A stretch of 59,778 nt of DNA from the IMG/VR virus record IMGVR_UViG_3300020043_002033, positions 1 through 59,778 of that record, one strand, 5' to 3'. This stretch comes from a virus. Its lineage: Duplodnaviria > Caudoviricetes. The first letter of the stretch is position 1, and the number at the start of each line of letters is the position of its first letter. This document shows, in pieces, positions 31,992-41,550 of this stretch. The notes beneath the pieces were generated by a model. It made no database searches. It saw only the letters and a list, made by a program, of their open reading frames with translations, and had not been told where the DNA came from. The position numbers and the translations under genes are program-made.

Positions 31992-33377
31992 CTACCGGCT
32001 TACTTCTTCCCAGTCCAAAGAACCTAGCACTTGATCGCCGTTAGATGCAGATGTACATGCCAGCGTGATCTCATAGGCTGTTGCCGTGAAAGGATCGCGC
32101 TCAAGTTGCGTTGTAAAAAGAGCGGCTTTAAGAATGTCAACACTGGTTGCCCCTTGGTTGGAGCCTTGAAAGTATCCCGTTGCCAAGGTGCGACCCGTGC
32201 CAGTAGTGAAGGCCGAGCCGGTTATGTTGTATTCCACCGCCGAGTTTGTGCCTGCACTGACCCAAGTGCCGCCCGTTGTAGTCCCGGAAGCAACCACAAA
32301 CCACTGGTAGTTGGCATTGTTGGTTATGCCCAAGATTGATATCGCCGTCAAAATGGCAATTGCGTCCAATCGCGTTGACTTCAGTCGAAAAGACACAACA
32401 GGATAAAGCGTAGCAGCAGTGGTCAGTGTTCGTGGGCTTGTGATACCGTTTCCAGCAGTAAGTTGAGCGCCGCGCAACTCGTAGCCGCCTTCTGATATTA
32501 CCGTCGAGCAAACTTGTTTTAGAGTGCTTGCACCGCTTGTAGCCGCTGTGTTGGTCATCTCATACCGCAAGGGTAGAGAAGCAGTTGTGATGTACGTAGT
32601 GGTGACCAAGTTTGCATGGTCAAAATTGTGAGCGGGTACAAAAACCCCGTTGATGATGAAACCCGTGCGTACAGTTCCAAGACCAAGCCACTCAACGTCC
32701 ATGTACAGAATCTGGGCTTTGGATGAATCTAGGGTTAACCCGGATGGCCCTGTGCCGTCCAGCGGGTCTTGGTTCCAGCTTGCTTGAGCAACCCGTGTGT
32801 TCACTACAGAACCGGTCACGCTGCTGCGCTCTACCATGTAGTTCGTGGTTCCTTCGCGCTCAAAGTAAACGCCGTTAGCCGCGCCGTAGTAGCCAGCACG
32901 TTGGCGTAGATTTGTTTTGGCTTCACCAAACACAAAGGTGTTCATCACCAACAGACTCTTACCCGGCTGGTACGCAAACACTTTGATTGTTTCGCGGATG
33001 ATCTGGTCTCCGCTGGCGGACCCAACGGTCAAATTGACCAAGCCTTCGTCCGCGCTAAACGTGGCGGCTGCTGTTCCGGTGATGCTGTTTGCCCACAGAT
33101 TGTTGTCTGCGTAACGGTGGGACGAGTCAAACAAAGTCAGCGGATTACTCACCCGAACTCGGCCAAAAGCATCGGTATTTGTACCGCCGATAGAGACCGG
33201 TATGGTTTCCATTGTTGCCACAAGCTGTCCTAAGATTTTGTCGAGTTGATTGAAGTACAGCCGCAGGATGTTGTTTAGCTGGTCTGAATATCTCGGGTCG
33301 TATTGCAGAGGTGCGTCAGGAAGACGCGGCGCTACCGTCCGGCTAAGTTCATACTGAGATGTGACGATGAGGGTCAT
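31992..33377 (-). CDS. tail-associated structural protein
   Basis: Short N-terminal P.LP.AP..Y...N.LRLYFNQLD anchor, then a beta-rich DAFGR.RVS.P.TLFDS...YQPGKS domain. Confidence 0.6.
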   Translation of the reverse strand: MTLIVTSQYELSRTVAPRLPDAPLQYDPRYSDQLNNILRLYFNQLDKILGQLVATMETIPVSIGGTNTDAFGRVRVSNPLTLFDSSHRYADNNLWANSITGTAAATFSADEGLVNLTVGSASGDQIIRETIKVFAYQPGKSLLVMNTFVFGEAKTNLRQRAGYYGAANGVYFEREGTTNYMVERSSVTGSVVNTRVAQASWNQDPLDGTGPSGLTLDSSKAQILYMDVEWLGLGTVRTGFIINGVFVPAHNFDHANLVTTTYITTASLPLRYEMTNTAATSGASTLKQVCSTVISEGGYELRGAQLTAGNGITSPRTLTTAATLYPVVSFRLKSTRLDAIAILTAISILGITNNANYQWFVVASGTTTGGTWVSAGTNSAVEYNITGSAFTTGTGRTLATGYFQGSNQGATSVDILKAALFTTQLERDPFTATAYEITLACTSASNGDQVLGSLDWEEVSR

Positions 33378-33380
33378 AGG

Positions 33381-35225
33381 TCAGCGTCTGCCGTCAGGGC
33401 GAATGTCGATTCGCGGCGTACCCAACTGCCACTGCACACCCAGTCCAGACGACGCAACTTTGATGGACATCTGCCTGCCACGTACGCGGATGTAAACCTG
33501 CCCGGTGTACTGCTCAATAGGCACCGTCGCGCTTCGGGTTACAGGCTGAGTGCTGCTTCCCCCCACAGATTGCGGATTGTTGTAGCCTGAGCCGGAGTTC
33601 TGCAAGGGCAGGAGCGTAAAGTCTACGCTTGGGTTTTCTGTCTCAGAGCCACGGAAGGTAATGTCTGGGACAAGCCGGTACACAAATCCAAAGTTATGGC
33701 CGTCGCCAATGTCAAACTCTGAAGATGTGATGTACGACTCAATGGCCGCAGCATCCCCCGTGTAAACATCGTTGGTGCCGTACTCGTGGTACACAAGCCT
33801 GTCGCCGCCCGCAGCAATCGGGTACTGTCCAATAATCCCAGCGTCAACCCAAGCGGTTCGCTCCAAGCTACCAAAGTACCAGACCTTTTCCATGTAGTTA
33901 AACACTACGTAGCGGTCAATTGAGGAAGCATCCGCAGAGCAGTAGAACCACCAGACTTCGTTGTAGCGCTCCACGGTGGATGCAAACACTTGCTCCGACT
34001 GCTGCTCATTGAAGTCGCCAAATACGAACTGCCGTAAGTCGCAAGTAAGCGTGTTTACCCGGCCATCGTACATATAGAACTTATCCACACCCATCCAATA
34101 AACAACACCGGCAACGGTTACTGCTGCGCGGTCACTTACGATGGAAATGTTGTCTGCCAAAAGCGTAGAACCCCAAACCACAGGTGGTCCAAGATACTGC
34201 AATGAGTACACAGACGTATCCGTCAGAACAACAATTTCTTGCCGGGATTGGATGTAAGAAATGATCTGTGATCCGTGCGATAGAGTCACACTGCCCGCTT
34301 GGTTGGTTGCCGCTGGAGTCCAATTTGCCGGGTCTTCTTGGTCAGACCAACGGATCAGCATGGGATTTTGTACCAGACTGCCGTAGTCGTTTACACCAAA
34401 TGCAATCACAAACCGGGATGTATCCGACACCAGCAACAGGTTCTGCATCAGCGGTACGTCAGATGCTCCGGGCAGAGATGAGAGCAAAACACCACGAGTG
34501 TTTACACCAGTGGTTGCATCCCAGTAGTACATACCTCCGCCACGCGGGCCAAAGATCAGGTCTTCGCCAAAGTTGTTTTGGTTCCACACCCGCAGAGATT
34601 CTGTAGACGGTTGCCCAACACCCCACGCACCAAAGCCCCACGGGCCTGCACCCCATCCATTGAGCGGTAATACATTAGCCGAACCGGTGTTGACTTGGTA
34701 TGCCGCTGTAACCGTACCTCCGCCAGTTGCAGTAGATGACGCTTGCGTTGCCGCCTCGATGGTGTAGGTTGCGTTGTCAATAACGGTAATCTGGTACTCG
34801 CCATTCAAATCCAAGCCGCCAACCGTTGTAGCTCCGCTGTAGGTAACAAAATCCCCAGTCTCTGCGCCGTGTGCAGCGTCAGTTACCGTCACCGTGGTGA
34901 GAGTGTTAGTCGTGGAGAACGGGTTGGTAAGCGTTACGGTATCCCTGATTGGGGTTACGTCGTAATACTCCCCGCCTCGGGAGATGTAGAACTTTAGGTT
35001 TGTTCCAACGCCAATCAGCTTTGCAAAGCCAAGCGTCACCCATGTCCACAAAGAGCGGCAAGTGCCAAGAAACGTGTAAGGAGAAATCCGCTCCCAGCCG
35101 CCAATCTTCTCGGGAGTGCCTTGGCGAAAACGAATCTTGTCGCAGTCGTACCAGCCGCCCTCAGTGGTGTATCGGGTGTTTTCTCTGTTGACGCCGCTCT
35201 TGAGCTTTACGGACTGTAATGGCAT
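33381..35225 (-). CDS. tail hub / stabilisation protein (P22 gp10-like)
   Basis: RFRQG.PEKIGGW, IRWSDQED..NW, C-terminal R.RGRQ...W.LG..RIDIRPDGRR. Confidence 0.75.
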   Translation of the reverse strand: MPLQSVKLKSGVNRENTRYTTEGGWYDCDKIRFRQGTPEKIGGWERISPYTFLGTCRSLWTWVTLGFAKLIGVGTNLKFYISRGGEYYDVTPIRDTVTLTNPFSTTNTLTTVTVTDAAHGAETGDFVTYSGATTVGGLDLNGEYQITVIDNATYTIEAATQASSTATGGGTVTAAYQVNTGSANVLPLNGWGAGPWGFGAWGVGQPSTESLRVWNQNNFGEDLIFGPRGGGMYYWDATTGVNTRGVLLSSLPGASDVPLMQNLLLVSDTSRFVIAFGVNDYGSLVQNPMLIRWSDQEDPANWTPAATNQAGSVTLSHGSQIISYIQSRQEIVVLTDTSVYSLQYLGPPVVWGSTLLADNISIVSDRAAVTVAGVVYWMGVDKFYMYDGRVNTLTCDLRQFVFGDFNEQQSEQVFASTVERYNEVWWFYCSADASSIDRYVVFNYMEKVWYFGSLERTAWVDAGIIGQYPIAAGGDRLVYHEYGTNDVYTGDAAAIESYITSSEFDIGDGHNFGFVYRLVPDITFRGSETENPSVDFTLLPLQNSGSGYNNPQSVGGSSTQPVTRSATVPIEQYTGQVYIRVRGRQMSIKVASSGLGVQWQLGTPRIDIRPDGRR

Positions 35226-35227
35226 GT

Positions 35228-35680
35228 TTACCTCAACAATAGGGCTTCAGCATCGCGCCGTTTGACCAGTCCGGGGAGAACCTTACCCCCGCCGCGCACC
35301 CATTTCCCAAGTTCTTCTCGTGCCGCTTCAAGCTCTCCGGAGTTGATCTTCTTACGGAGTGTTGAGGACTGAAGTCTACCAGTACCGAGGTTATATGTGA
35401 AGTCTAGAATGGCCGCAGTGGGGCCGGGTCCAAGCGCTGGTAGATCAGGGCAAAGCCTAAGCACCTTGGGGTAGATAGTTGTGAGTTCGTGCATCAGCAT
35501 CTGCTCTGCACGCTCCTTGGTAACCGGGGGGTCACTCAGTGTGACCTTGACCCCGTTCTCATACATCGTCGATCCGAAACCAATTGTGGGAACATTGGCC
35601 GGACAAAGGTATGGTTTGAGATACAGCCCCTCAAAGCGCCTGCACAGGGCCGCTGCCAGAAGGAGAGCATCTTTGTTCAT
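35228..35680 (-). CDS. endolysin, GH24 lysozyme
   Basis: FEG...PYLCPA.VPTIGFGST, DF.YNLG.G....STL..K.N, W...GGKVLPGLV.RR..E. Confidence 0.92.
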   Translation of the reverse strand: MNKDALLLAAALCRRFEGLYLKPYLCPANVPTIGFGSTMYENGVKVTLSDPPVTKERAEQMLMHELTTIYPKVLRLCPDLPALGPGPTAAILDFTYNLGTGRLQSSTLRKKINSGELEAAREELGKWVRGGGKVLPGLVKRRDAEALLLR

Positions 35681-36147
35681 TTGCCACGCTTGCCAAGCGA
35701 CCTGTCAGCGAAGAAGAAACCCAGAATCGCACCGCCCAGTTCACGATCCCAGTCGTCCATGACAAACTTGTTGGCTATGAGCTTCAGCACCCACAGGAGA
35801 AGCGCAATGGTTGCCGCGCAGGGACGGATAATGCCGTTCCAAATATCCACCACTGAGTACCCGGTAGGCTTAAACGCTTGAGACACTGCAATCCCAAAAG
35901 CGTCTGCCTCTGCTTTATCCACCGCCGCCACGGCTTGCGCTTCGATGGTCTTTATTCCTAGTTCTGCTTGGGCTTTCTGAGCCTCAAGGGTTCGCTGATG
36001 TGCTTTGTCGTCCAGTTCAGACTGGAGCTTGAGCATTTCTACTTCATGTTTGTGGTCTTGCTTCTTGTTGAGAAATGCCGAGGCTTCGCCCCAAATCATT
36101 CTGAAGACTGACCCGCCCAGAAAAGAAAACAGTGCAGCAAACATCAT
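35677..36147 (-). CDS. putative holin
   Basis: N-terminal hydrophobic stretch, coiled middle, IRP + TM and GFFFADRS C-terminus; coupled to the lysozyme. Confidence 0.55.
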   Translation of the reverse strand: MMFAALFSFLGGSVFRMIWGEASAFLNKKQDHKHEVEMLKLQSELDDKAHQRTLEAQKAQAELGIKTIEAQAVAAVDKAEADAFGIAVSQAFKPTGYSVVDIWNGIIRPCAATIALLLWVLKLIANKFVMDDWDRELGGAILGFFFADRSLGKRGK

Positions 36148-36617
36148 TTCACCTTCGTAATGTTAAACCCCAAATTTTTGTGACTTGGGTAGTTGACTAC
36201 AACCTCGCCTTCTGGGCATTTGTACTTGATGTGCGCTTGTAACGTAGCAGGGCCGGTTGCCACCTTACCGCTGGGGTCAATTGTAAATTTGTACCCAAAC
36301 TTGTCCACCTCTGGGGAGGCAGGGCCAGAGAAGGTTGCGATGCTGGGAGAGGCTTTGTGCATCACAAATTCGGAATCACGGACTTCTAGTTTGAAGCCCG
36401 TGACCTCACAGTCATCCCGGTTCTTTTTGCGGGCCACTACAACCCGAAATTCACCGTTGGCTGGGCCGTCGCTGACTTGAAAATGCTCAGGCGCCCACTC
36501 CAAAATGTCTTTCTTGAAGACGCCAAATTTATCCGCAAGCGTATACCCCCCACCAGTCATTGCAATGACTGCGGTAACAGCACCTACGGTTTTTGTAACG
36601 TCTTCAATGGCAAACAT
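36144..36617 (-). CDS. membrane-anchored hypothetical protein of the lysis cluster
   Basis: N-terminal hydrophobic helix, two Cys in a beta-rich domain. Confidence 0.55.
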   Translation of the reverse strand: MFAIEDVTKTVGAVTAVIAMTGGGYTLADKFGVFKKDILEWAPEHFQVSDGPANGEFRVVVARKKNRDDCEVTGFKLEVRDSEFVMHKASPSIATFSGPASPEVDKFGYKFTIDPSGKVATGPATLQAHIKYKCPEGEVVVNYPSHKNLGFNITKVK

Positions 36618-36630
36618 CGGAGTCCTCTAC

Positions 36631-36855
36631 TTACTCTTTCGGAACAACGTCCGTAGGCTCTTTCTCAAGCGCTTGCTTCAGCATCCCAAGAAATGCGTCT
36701 CTGCCTACTGCCAGTTGATCCACGTTAAAACGAGCCGAAGCCAGCTTTCGGTCTAGATCGGCAACATGATTCACAAGAATCTGCTGTTGTTCCGTCATGT
36801 CTTCAAACTGGTACTCAACGCCGTCAATCGAGATGGGGGTTTTTGTATTTGCCAT
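36631..36855 (-). CDS. small tail-associated coiled-coil protein
   Basis: AAAGGA SD; I.IDG.EY..ED.T..Q..L..H..DLDRK pattern. Confidence 0.7.
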   Translation of the reverse strand: MANTKTPISIDGVEYQFEDMTEQQQILVNHVADLDRKLASARFNVDQLAVGRDAFLGMLKQALEKEPTDVVPKE

Positions 36856-36902
36856 CGCGGTTTCCTTTCAATGTGCTGCCAAGATCGGGTGGCAGCTTCC
36901 CG

Positions 36903-37103
36903 TTATTTCGATGCTATGGCAGTGGTGGTCAGCTCTCGCAAAACCAACATCAATACAGGCCACAAGAAGATGATGTAGTTCCTGTACGGGGCAGGGATAA
37001 ACTGCCCCAAGAATCCGCTGTTTGCTTCAATAGCCGTCAGCAATGCCCCAATAACCGCAGCCCAGTAAGTCTTGCTCTTGAGCCGCTGGATTATTGCATT
37101 CAT
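36903..37103 (-). CDS. small two-TM holin-like protein
   Basis: MNAIIQRLKSKTYWAAVIGALL...WPVLMLVLRELTTTAIASK; ATGA coupling. Confidence 0.6.
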   Translation of the reverse strand: MNAIIQRLKSKTYWAAVIGALLTAIEANSGFLGQFIPAPYRNYIIFLWPVLMLVLRELTTTAIASK

Positions 37104-37420
37104 GCTGCCCACGGAAGTGGAGGTTGCACAACAGGCGGATTGATCTGGTTGTTGATCATCTGCTGCACAGCGGCTTCCGTAGCGGTTTGGTCTACGCCGT
37201 TGGCCCAAATCCAGCCGAGTACTTGGTTTTGCGTAAGTTGGTCATAGGGGGTAAAAGTCCCACCAGCCGGGGTAGGAACTGCACAGGTGTTGTAAACAGA
37301 GGCGTTGTAAGTTCCGTCCGTACCCGCGCAAGTCCAATGGCAATTGAATACCACATCTGTCTCGCTGCCCTCTTGGGGGTAGCAGTCCATAGCGGTAATT
37401 GTCCAAGCGAATGTCGTCAT
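37100..37420 (-). CDS. tail fibre-associated protein
   Basis: W.I..MD.YP...DVV...HW...FTPYDQLT..QVLGW...PLPW, directly after the fibre gene. Confidence 0.7.
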   Translation of the reverse strand: MTTFAWTITAMDCYPQEGSETDVVFNCHWTCAGTDGTYNASVYNTCAVPTPAGGTFTPYDQLTQNQVLGWIWANGVDQTATEAAVQQMINNQINPPVVQPPLPWAA

Positions 37421-37431
37421 GATATTTCCTT

Positions 37432-40400
37432 TCAGGGTTTGGATTCAAGTTGTGCCACACGGGCGGTTAGGGACTCAATGAGGGCTTGCTGTTCTTGAAT
37501 GCACTTCATCAGCGCATACTGCAAGTCGGTCTGGTAGATAGCCTTGAGAGGAACGCCGTCTTCCGGCAACGTACCAAACCCAGAGTTGTCTACCAGTTCA
37601 GGACATTGTGCCTCAACCTCTTGTGCAATGACACCAAGGTTCAGTTGTTCGTCTGTTTGGTCTTTGTACAGGAACGTGCGAACCGGGATGGCGCAGATTC
37701 GATTCAGGTAACTTGGCGCATCTTGAATGTCTTTCTTGGTGCGAACATCCGACAGGTTGACATCGTTGGCAGAGAAGTTGCCTATGCCGCCGTTGGAACG
37801 AACCTCAAACTTGATTCCTACCGTATCGTTGCAAACAATAAACTGGCTCCCTGTAGTGTTTGGTGCCGCGCCACCATAAAACACGTTAAATCCAAGGGGC
37901 GTTGTAGCATTGCCGTTATAAGCAGAAAGCCCATAATTAGTGGAATCTTTTCGAATTACATGGAATGTTTGTCCAGTAGTTCCAACATTCAAGTTCCCAC
38001 TAGCATCCAGCGTCATTGCTTGGGTGAAGGTGATTGCTGTGCCTGCTGTGCCGGACGGGGCGTTAAACCAGCGGTGTTGGCCGCTTGATTGTTGATATTG
38101 AGAAGCGTAATCAGTCGCTATGTATTTCCAACTTGCCTCGTAATAAGCATTGTGCTGGAATCCGCTATCAACTCCAGAATATCCGTAAATACTAGCACGG
38201 CCTACTTGATATGCCTTAACTGTCGTCCAAGCACTCGGAGTAACCCCTAAGCCTAGGTTGCCACTAGCATCCAGCGCCATTGCCTGAGTAAAGGTGATGG
38301 TGTTGCCTGCTGTGCCGGAAGGCGCAATAGACCAATCATGCGCCCCAAGGGCTTGCTTGTAATAACTAGCGGCTGCGGTGTTTTTGTAAATCCAGTTTGT
38401 GCCGTTGTAGTAGCCGTTGCTTGCAACCCGTGTATCGGTGTTGCTGCCCATGTTCACAAAGGAAGAACCGGGGCCAATATCCAACGATCTGTAAGAAAGC
38501 GCAGTTCCCCATGCACTCGGCGTTACCCCTAGGCCAAGGTTGCCGGAGGAGTCGAGCGTCATCTTTTCTGTGTTGTTGGTGATGAACCCAAGAGGGTGGT
38601 TAGAACCTGTCCCGGTGTATGCGCGGGAACCCGTCGTGTACCCGGCGTACTGAGTAACAGTGCCATCAGTTGCCGTAATTTGAGGATTTGCCCCAGTAGA
38701 CCTGAAGGTTGCGGTATTTGCAGCACCGGAGTTGACATCTAATCGGGTTACAGGACTCGAAGTCCCAACACCTAGGTTGCCGGAGGAGTCTAGGCGCATC
38801 TGCTCGGTGAAAACCTGACTTCCTAGTGTTGTCGCTGTTGAGGATTCAAATATAAGATCAGCAACACTTGCCTTGATACGATGCCCGTAGTAATTTGAGG
38901 CAGTACCAACCCAACGCTGCAACTCAAAATACGGGTTATCCGCATTTTGAGAGATCGAGATTGGGGGGCTTCCAGCCCCTCCGGGGATTACTACAAATTT
39001 CCCAGTGGTGCTTGGCGTAGTGGTTCCAATGCCAAGATTCCCCGACGCATCCAGCGTCATTACTTGGCTAAGAGGAGCCAATGCACCTGCTGTGCCAGAT
39101 ATAGCAGTGAACCAGTTGTGCGCTCCAGCCGCTTGCTGGTAAAGTGAGGCTGTATTGGTAGCGATGTAGCGCCTTGCACCAGCAGAGTCAACGTATTGAT
39201 TTGAACTAACCTCTACAACATCGGTTGCATTTGCTCCAGAAAAAGCCGCAAGACCTATTTGAAAAGCTGTCCTGTATGTTCCTGCGCTCCAAGCGGCAGG
39301 TGTAACCCCTAAGCCTAGGTTGCCAGAAGCATCCAGCGTCATTGCCTGAGTGAAGCTGATCGTGTTACCTGCGGTGCCGGAGGGGGCGGTGAACCAAGCG
39401 TGAGCGCCTGTCAACTGACGATAAAGAGTCGCAGGTTCATTGCCTATGTAAACGTAGTTGGTTCCATCGTAGTATGAATTTGAACCTACAAGCAGGTTGT
39501 TGTACCCGTATATAGAACTTGCAACCGAACCTCCAATGACCTGTATTGCCTTGAACGTACTCCAACCACTCGGAGTAACCCCCAAACCTAGGTTGCCGGA
39601 AGAGTCGAGGCGCATCCGTTCGGCGTTGTTGGTCCAAAACTGCAAAGACGCATTGGCTCGATTCGCAACATAAGCATCGCTGCCGCCATCTTGAAACACA
39701 TCAAAGCTGGTGGTGCCAAATGTAGTTCCATTGCCAGCTAACTGAAGCGCAGCTTGCTGACCGCCATTTGCAAGAACACGAATCCGTGTAGCTGCCGCTG
39801 TTGGCTCGTACACATGAAGTTTTGCAGTGGGGCTTGTAACCCCCACCCCCAAATTCCCACTGGCATCCAGCGTCATTGCCTGTGTGAACGTGATCGTGTT
39901 GCCTGCGGTGCCGGAGGGGGCGGTGAACCAAGCGTGAGCGCCTTGCCACTGTCTATATTGCGTTGCGTTGTCGCTTACGATGTATTTGAAGTTGCCTGCT
40001 GCGTCGTAAAAGCTGTTACTTCCGACATAGGCTTGATTGTTGTTCAAGCCCCAAAAGGTCGCGGCAGTGCTAATCTGCATTGCCCTGACTGCGCTGTTCC
40101 AAGCACTCGGAGTAACCCCCAATCCTAGGTTGCCAGAAGCATCAAGGCGCATACGTTCAACCGTACCTAGCTTCCAGATAGCATCTGAACTAACCCCAAC
40201 TGGCACCGACTCAAACGAAACTTCATTGTTTTGATCCAGCAGCCGTAGCTTTGCGCCCCCCGTGCGAAGAACGTAAATGTTGCCTTGATTGACCTCCAAC
40301 TTTTCATTCGGTGAACTCGTCCCAATGCCTAGGTTTCCTGCGCTGGTGAGGCGCATTTGTTCAGTCGAGCCATTCTGAAAAATCAGGCTTCCAAGGGTTA

Positions 40401-41541
40401 CACTTGTATTATTCTGGCTGCGAATAGTCAGATCATATGGACTCGACGTTGCCTTAATCAGAGATGCTGTTCTGACATTCAGCGCGGTGCCGCCAATAAC
40501 GAGGCCCGTAAAACTTCCAGAATCCGCGTCCGAGCCATTGCTGACGTGCAACTTTGCTTGAGGAGAACTTGTCCCAATACCTAAGTTTGTACCGTCAAAC
40601 GTCAGCGCACTTCCGGTAGCCAGCGCACTGGTGCTGCTTGCGTAGACAACTCCACCAGAGGTGAAGCTAGTCAGTCCTGTGCCGCCGTTGGTTGTTGCAA
40701 GAGTTCCTGCTAGGGTGATGGCACCTGAAGTTGCTGTGCTGGGTGTAAACCCGGTGGTTCCTGCGCTGAATGTGGTCACTGCCACGCCAGACAGGGTTGA
40801 CCACTGAGGTGCGGTTCCTGAAGATGTCAGTACTTGCCCTGCGGTTCCAATTCCCAGTTTTGACAGGGCTGTGCCGGATGCGTAGTAGGGAAGGTCTCCA
40901 GCGGTAAACGATGAAAGTCCGGTGCCGCCGTTGGTTGTTGGCAATATTCCAGTCACCCCTGTAGTGAGCGGAAGTCCTGTAGCGTTAGTAAGAGTTACTG
41001 AGGTAGGGGTTCCAAGAACCGGTGTCACAAACGTCGGGCTGGTGTTCAATACAACCGAGCCAGTTCCTGTAGACGTAGTTACACCCGTGCCGCCAGACAA
41101 CACCGGCAGGGCAGCGGCAAGCGTCAGAGATGAATAATGGTTGGTAGCATCCACTACGTTCGTAGCGTCGCAGTACAGCACCATGCTTTTACCGTTGGGT
41201 ACAGAGATGCCTGTGCCTGCGGAGGTCTTCAGGGTTACCGCGTATCCACCGGTAGTGGTGTTCTTGATGAAGTAGAGCTTGGATGCTGCGGGGCAAATTA
41301 CATTCCGCGCTGCGGTGAGCGTACCTGTCAGGGTGACGAACATCTTCCGGGCTTCGTCGGTAGCTCCATTTACAGATGTCAGGGTATAGTCTGCGTCCGT
41401 CATCGTGACGGCGGCGGTGCCAGCTACTGATGCGTCAACAAGATTTGTGATGCCAGTGTTTACCGTATCACCCCATGTGCCTGCAAGTTCGCCTGTGACG
41501 GGCAGTGTCAATCTAAGGCTGGGGGTATATGAACTAGGCAT
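37432..41541 (-). CDS. long tail fibre with C-terminal S74 intramolecular chaperone
   Basis: About ten M.LD.SGNLG.G repeats; SDVRTKKDI, GVIAQEVE and terminal coiled coil. Confidence 0.88.
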   Translation of the reverse strand: MPSSYTPSLRLTLPVTGELAGTWGDTVNTGITNLVDASVAGTAAVTMTDADYTLTSVNGATDEARKMFVTLTGTLTAARNVICPAASKLYFIKNTTTGGYAVTLKTSAGTGISVPNGKSMVLYCDATNVVDATNHYSSLTLAAALPVLSGGTGVTTSTGTGSVVLNTSPTFVTPVLGTPTSVTLTNATGLPLTTGVTGILPTTNGGTGLSSFTAGDLPYYASGTALSKLGIGTAGQVLTSSGTAPQWSTLSGVAVTTFSAGTTGFTPSTATSGAITLAGTLATTNGGTGLTSFTSGGVVYASSTSALATGSALTFDGTNLGIGTSSPQAKLHVSNGSDADSGSFTGLVIGGTALNVRTASLIKATSSPYDLTIRSQNNTSVTLGSLIFQNGSTEQMRLTSAGNLGIGTSSPNEKLEVNQGNIYVLRTGGAKLRLLDQNNEVSFESVPVGVSSDAIWKLGTVERMRLDASGNLGLGVTPSAWNSAVRAMQISTAATFWGLNNNQAYVGSNSFYDAAGNFKYIVSDNATQYRQWQGAHAWFTAPSGTAGNTITFTQAMTLDASGNLGVGVTSPTAKLHVYEPTAAATRIRVLANGGQQAALQLAGNGTTFGTTSFDVFQDGGSDAYVANRANASLQFWTNNAERMRLDSSGNLGLGVTPSGWSTFKAIQVIGGSVASSIYGYNNLLVGSNSYYDGTNYVYIGNEPATLYRQLTGAHAWFTAPSGTAGNTISFTQAMTLDASGNLGLGVTPAAWSAGTYRTAFQIGLAAFSGANATDVVEVSSNQYVDSAGARRYIATNTASLYQQAAGAHNWFTAISGTAGALAPLSQVMTLDASGNLGIGTTTPSTTGKFVVIPGGAGSPPISISQNADNPYFELQRWVGTASNYYGHRIKASVADLIFESSTATTLGSQVFTEQMRLDSSGNLGVGTSSPVTRLDVNSGAANTATFRSTGANPQITATDGTVTQYAGYTTGSRAYTGTGSNHPLGFITNNTEKMTLDSSGNLGLGVTPSAWGTALSYRSLDIGPGSSFVNMGSNTDTRVASNGYYNGTNWIYKNTAAASYYKQALGAHDWSIAPSGTAGNTITFTQAMALDASGNLGLGVTPSAWTTVKAYQVGRASIYGYSGVDSGFQHNAYYEASWKYIATDYASQYQQSSGQHRWFNAPSGTAGTAITFTQAMTLDASGNLNVGTTGQTFHVIRKDSTNYGLSAYNGNATTPLGFNVFYGGAAPNTTGSQFIVCNDTVGIKFEVRSNGGIGNFSANDVNLSDVRTKKDIQDAPSYLNRICAIPVRTFLYKDQTDEQLNLGVIAQEVEAQCPELVDNSGFGTLPEDGVPLKAIYQTDLQYALMKCIQEQQALIESLTARVAQLESKP
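39331..39943. repeat. near-identical direct repeats inside the tail fibre
   Basis: 42-nt exact repeat at 39368-39409 and 39902-39943 within ~80-nt similar blocks. Confidence 0.9.
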
Positions 41542-41550
41542 GTTTTACTC

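Noticed and set aside
37432-41541. Diversity-generating retroelement acting on the tail fibre
   Set aside because: No reverse transcriptase; the repeats are in-frame structural units and their differences are not adenine-specific.
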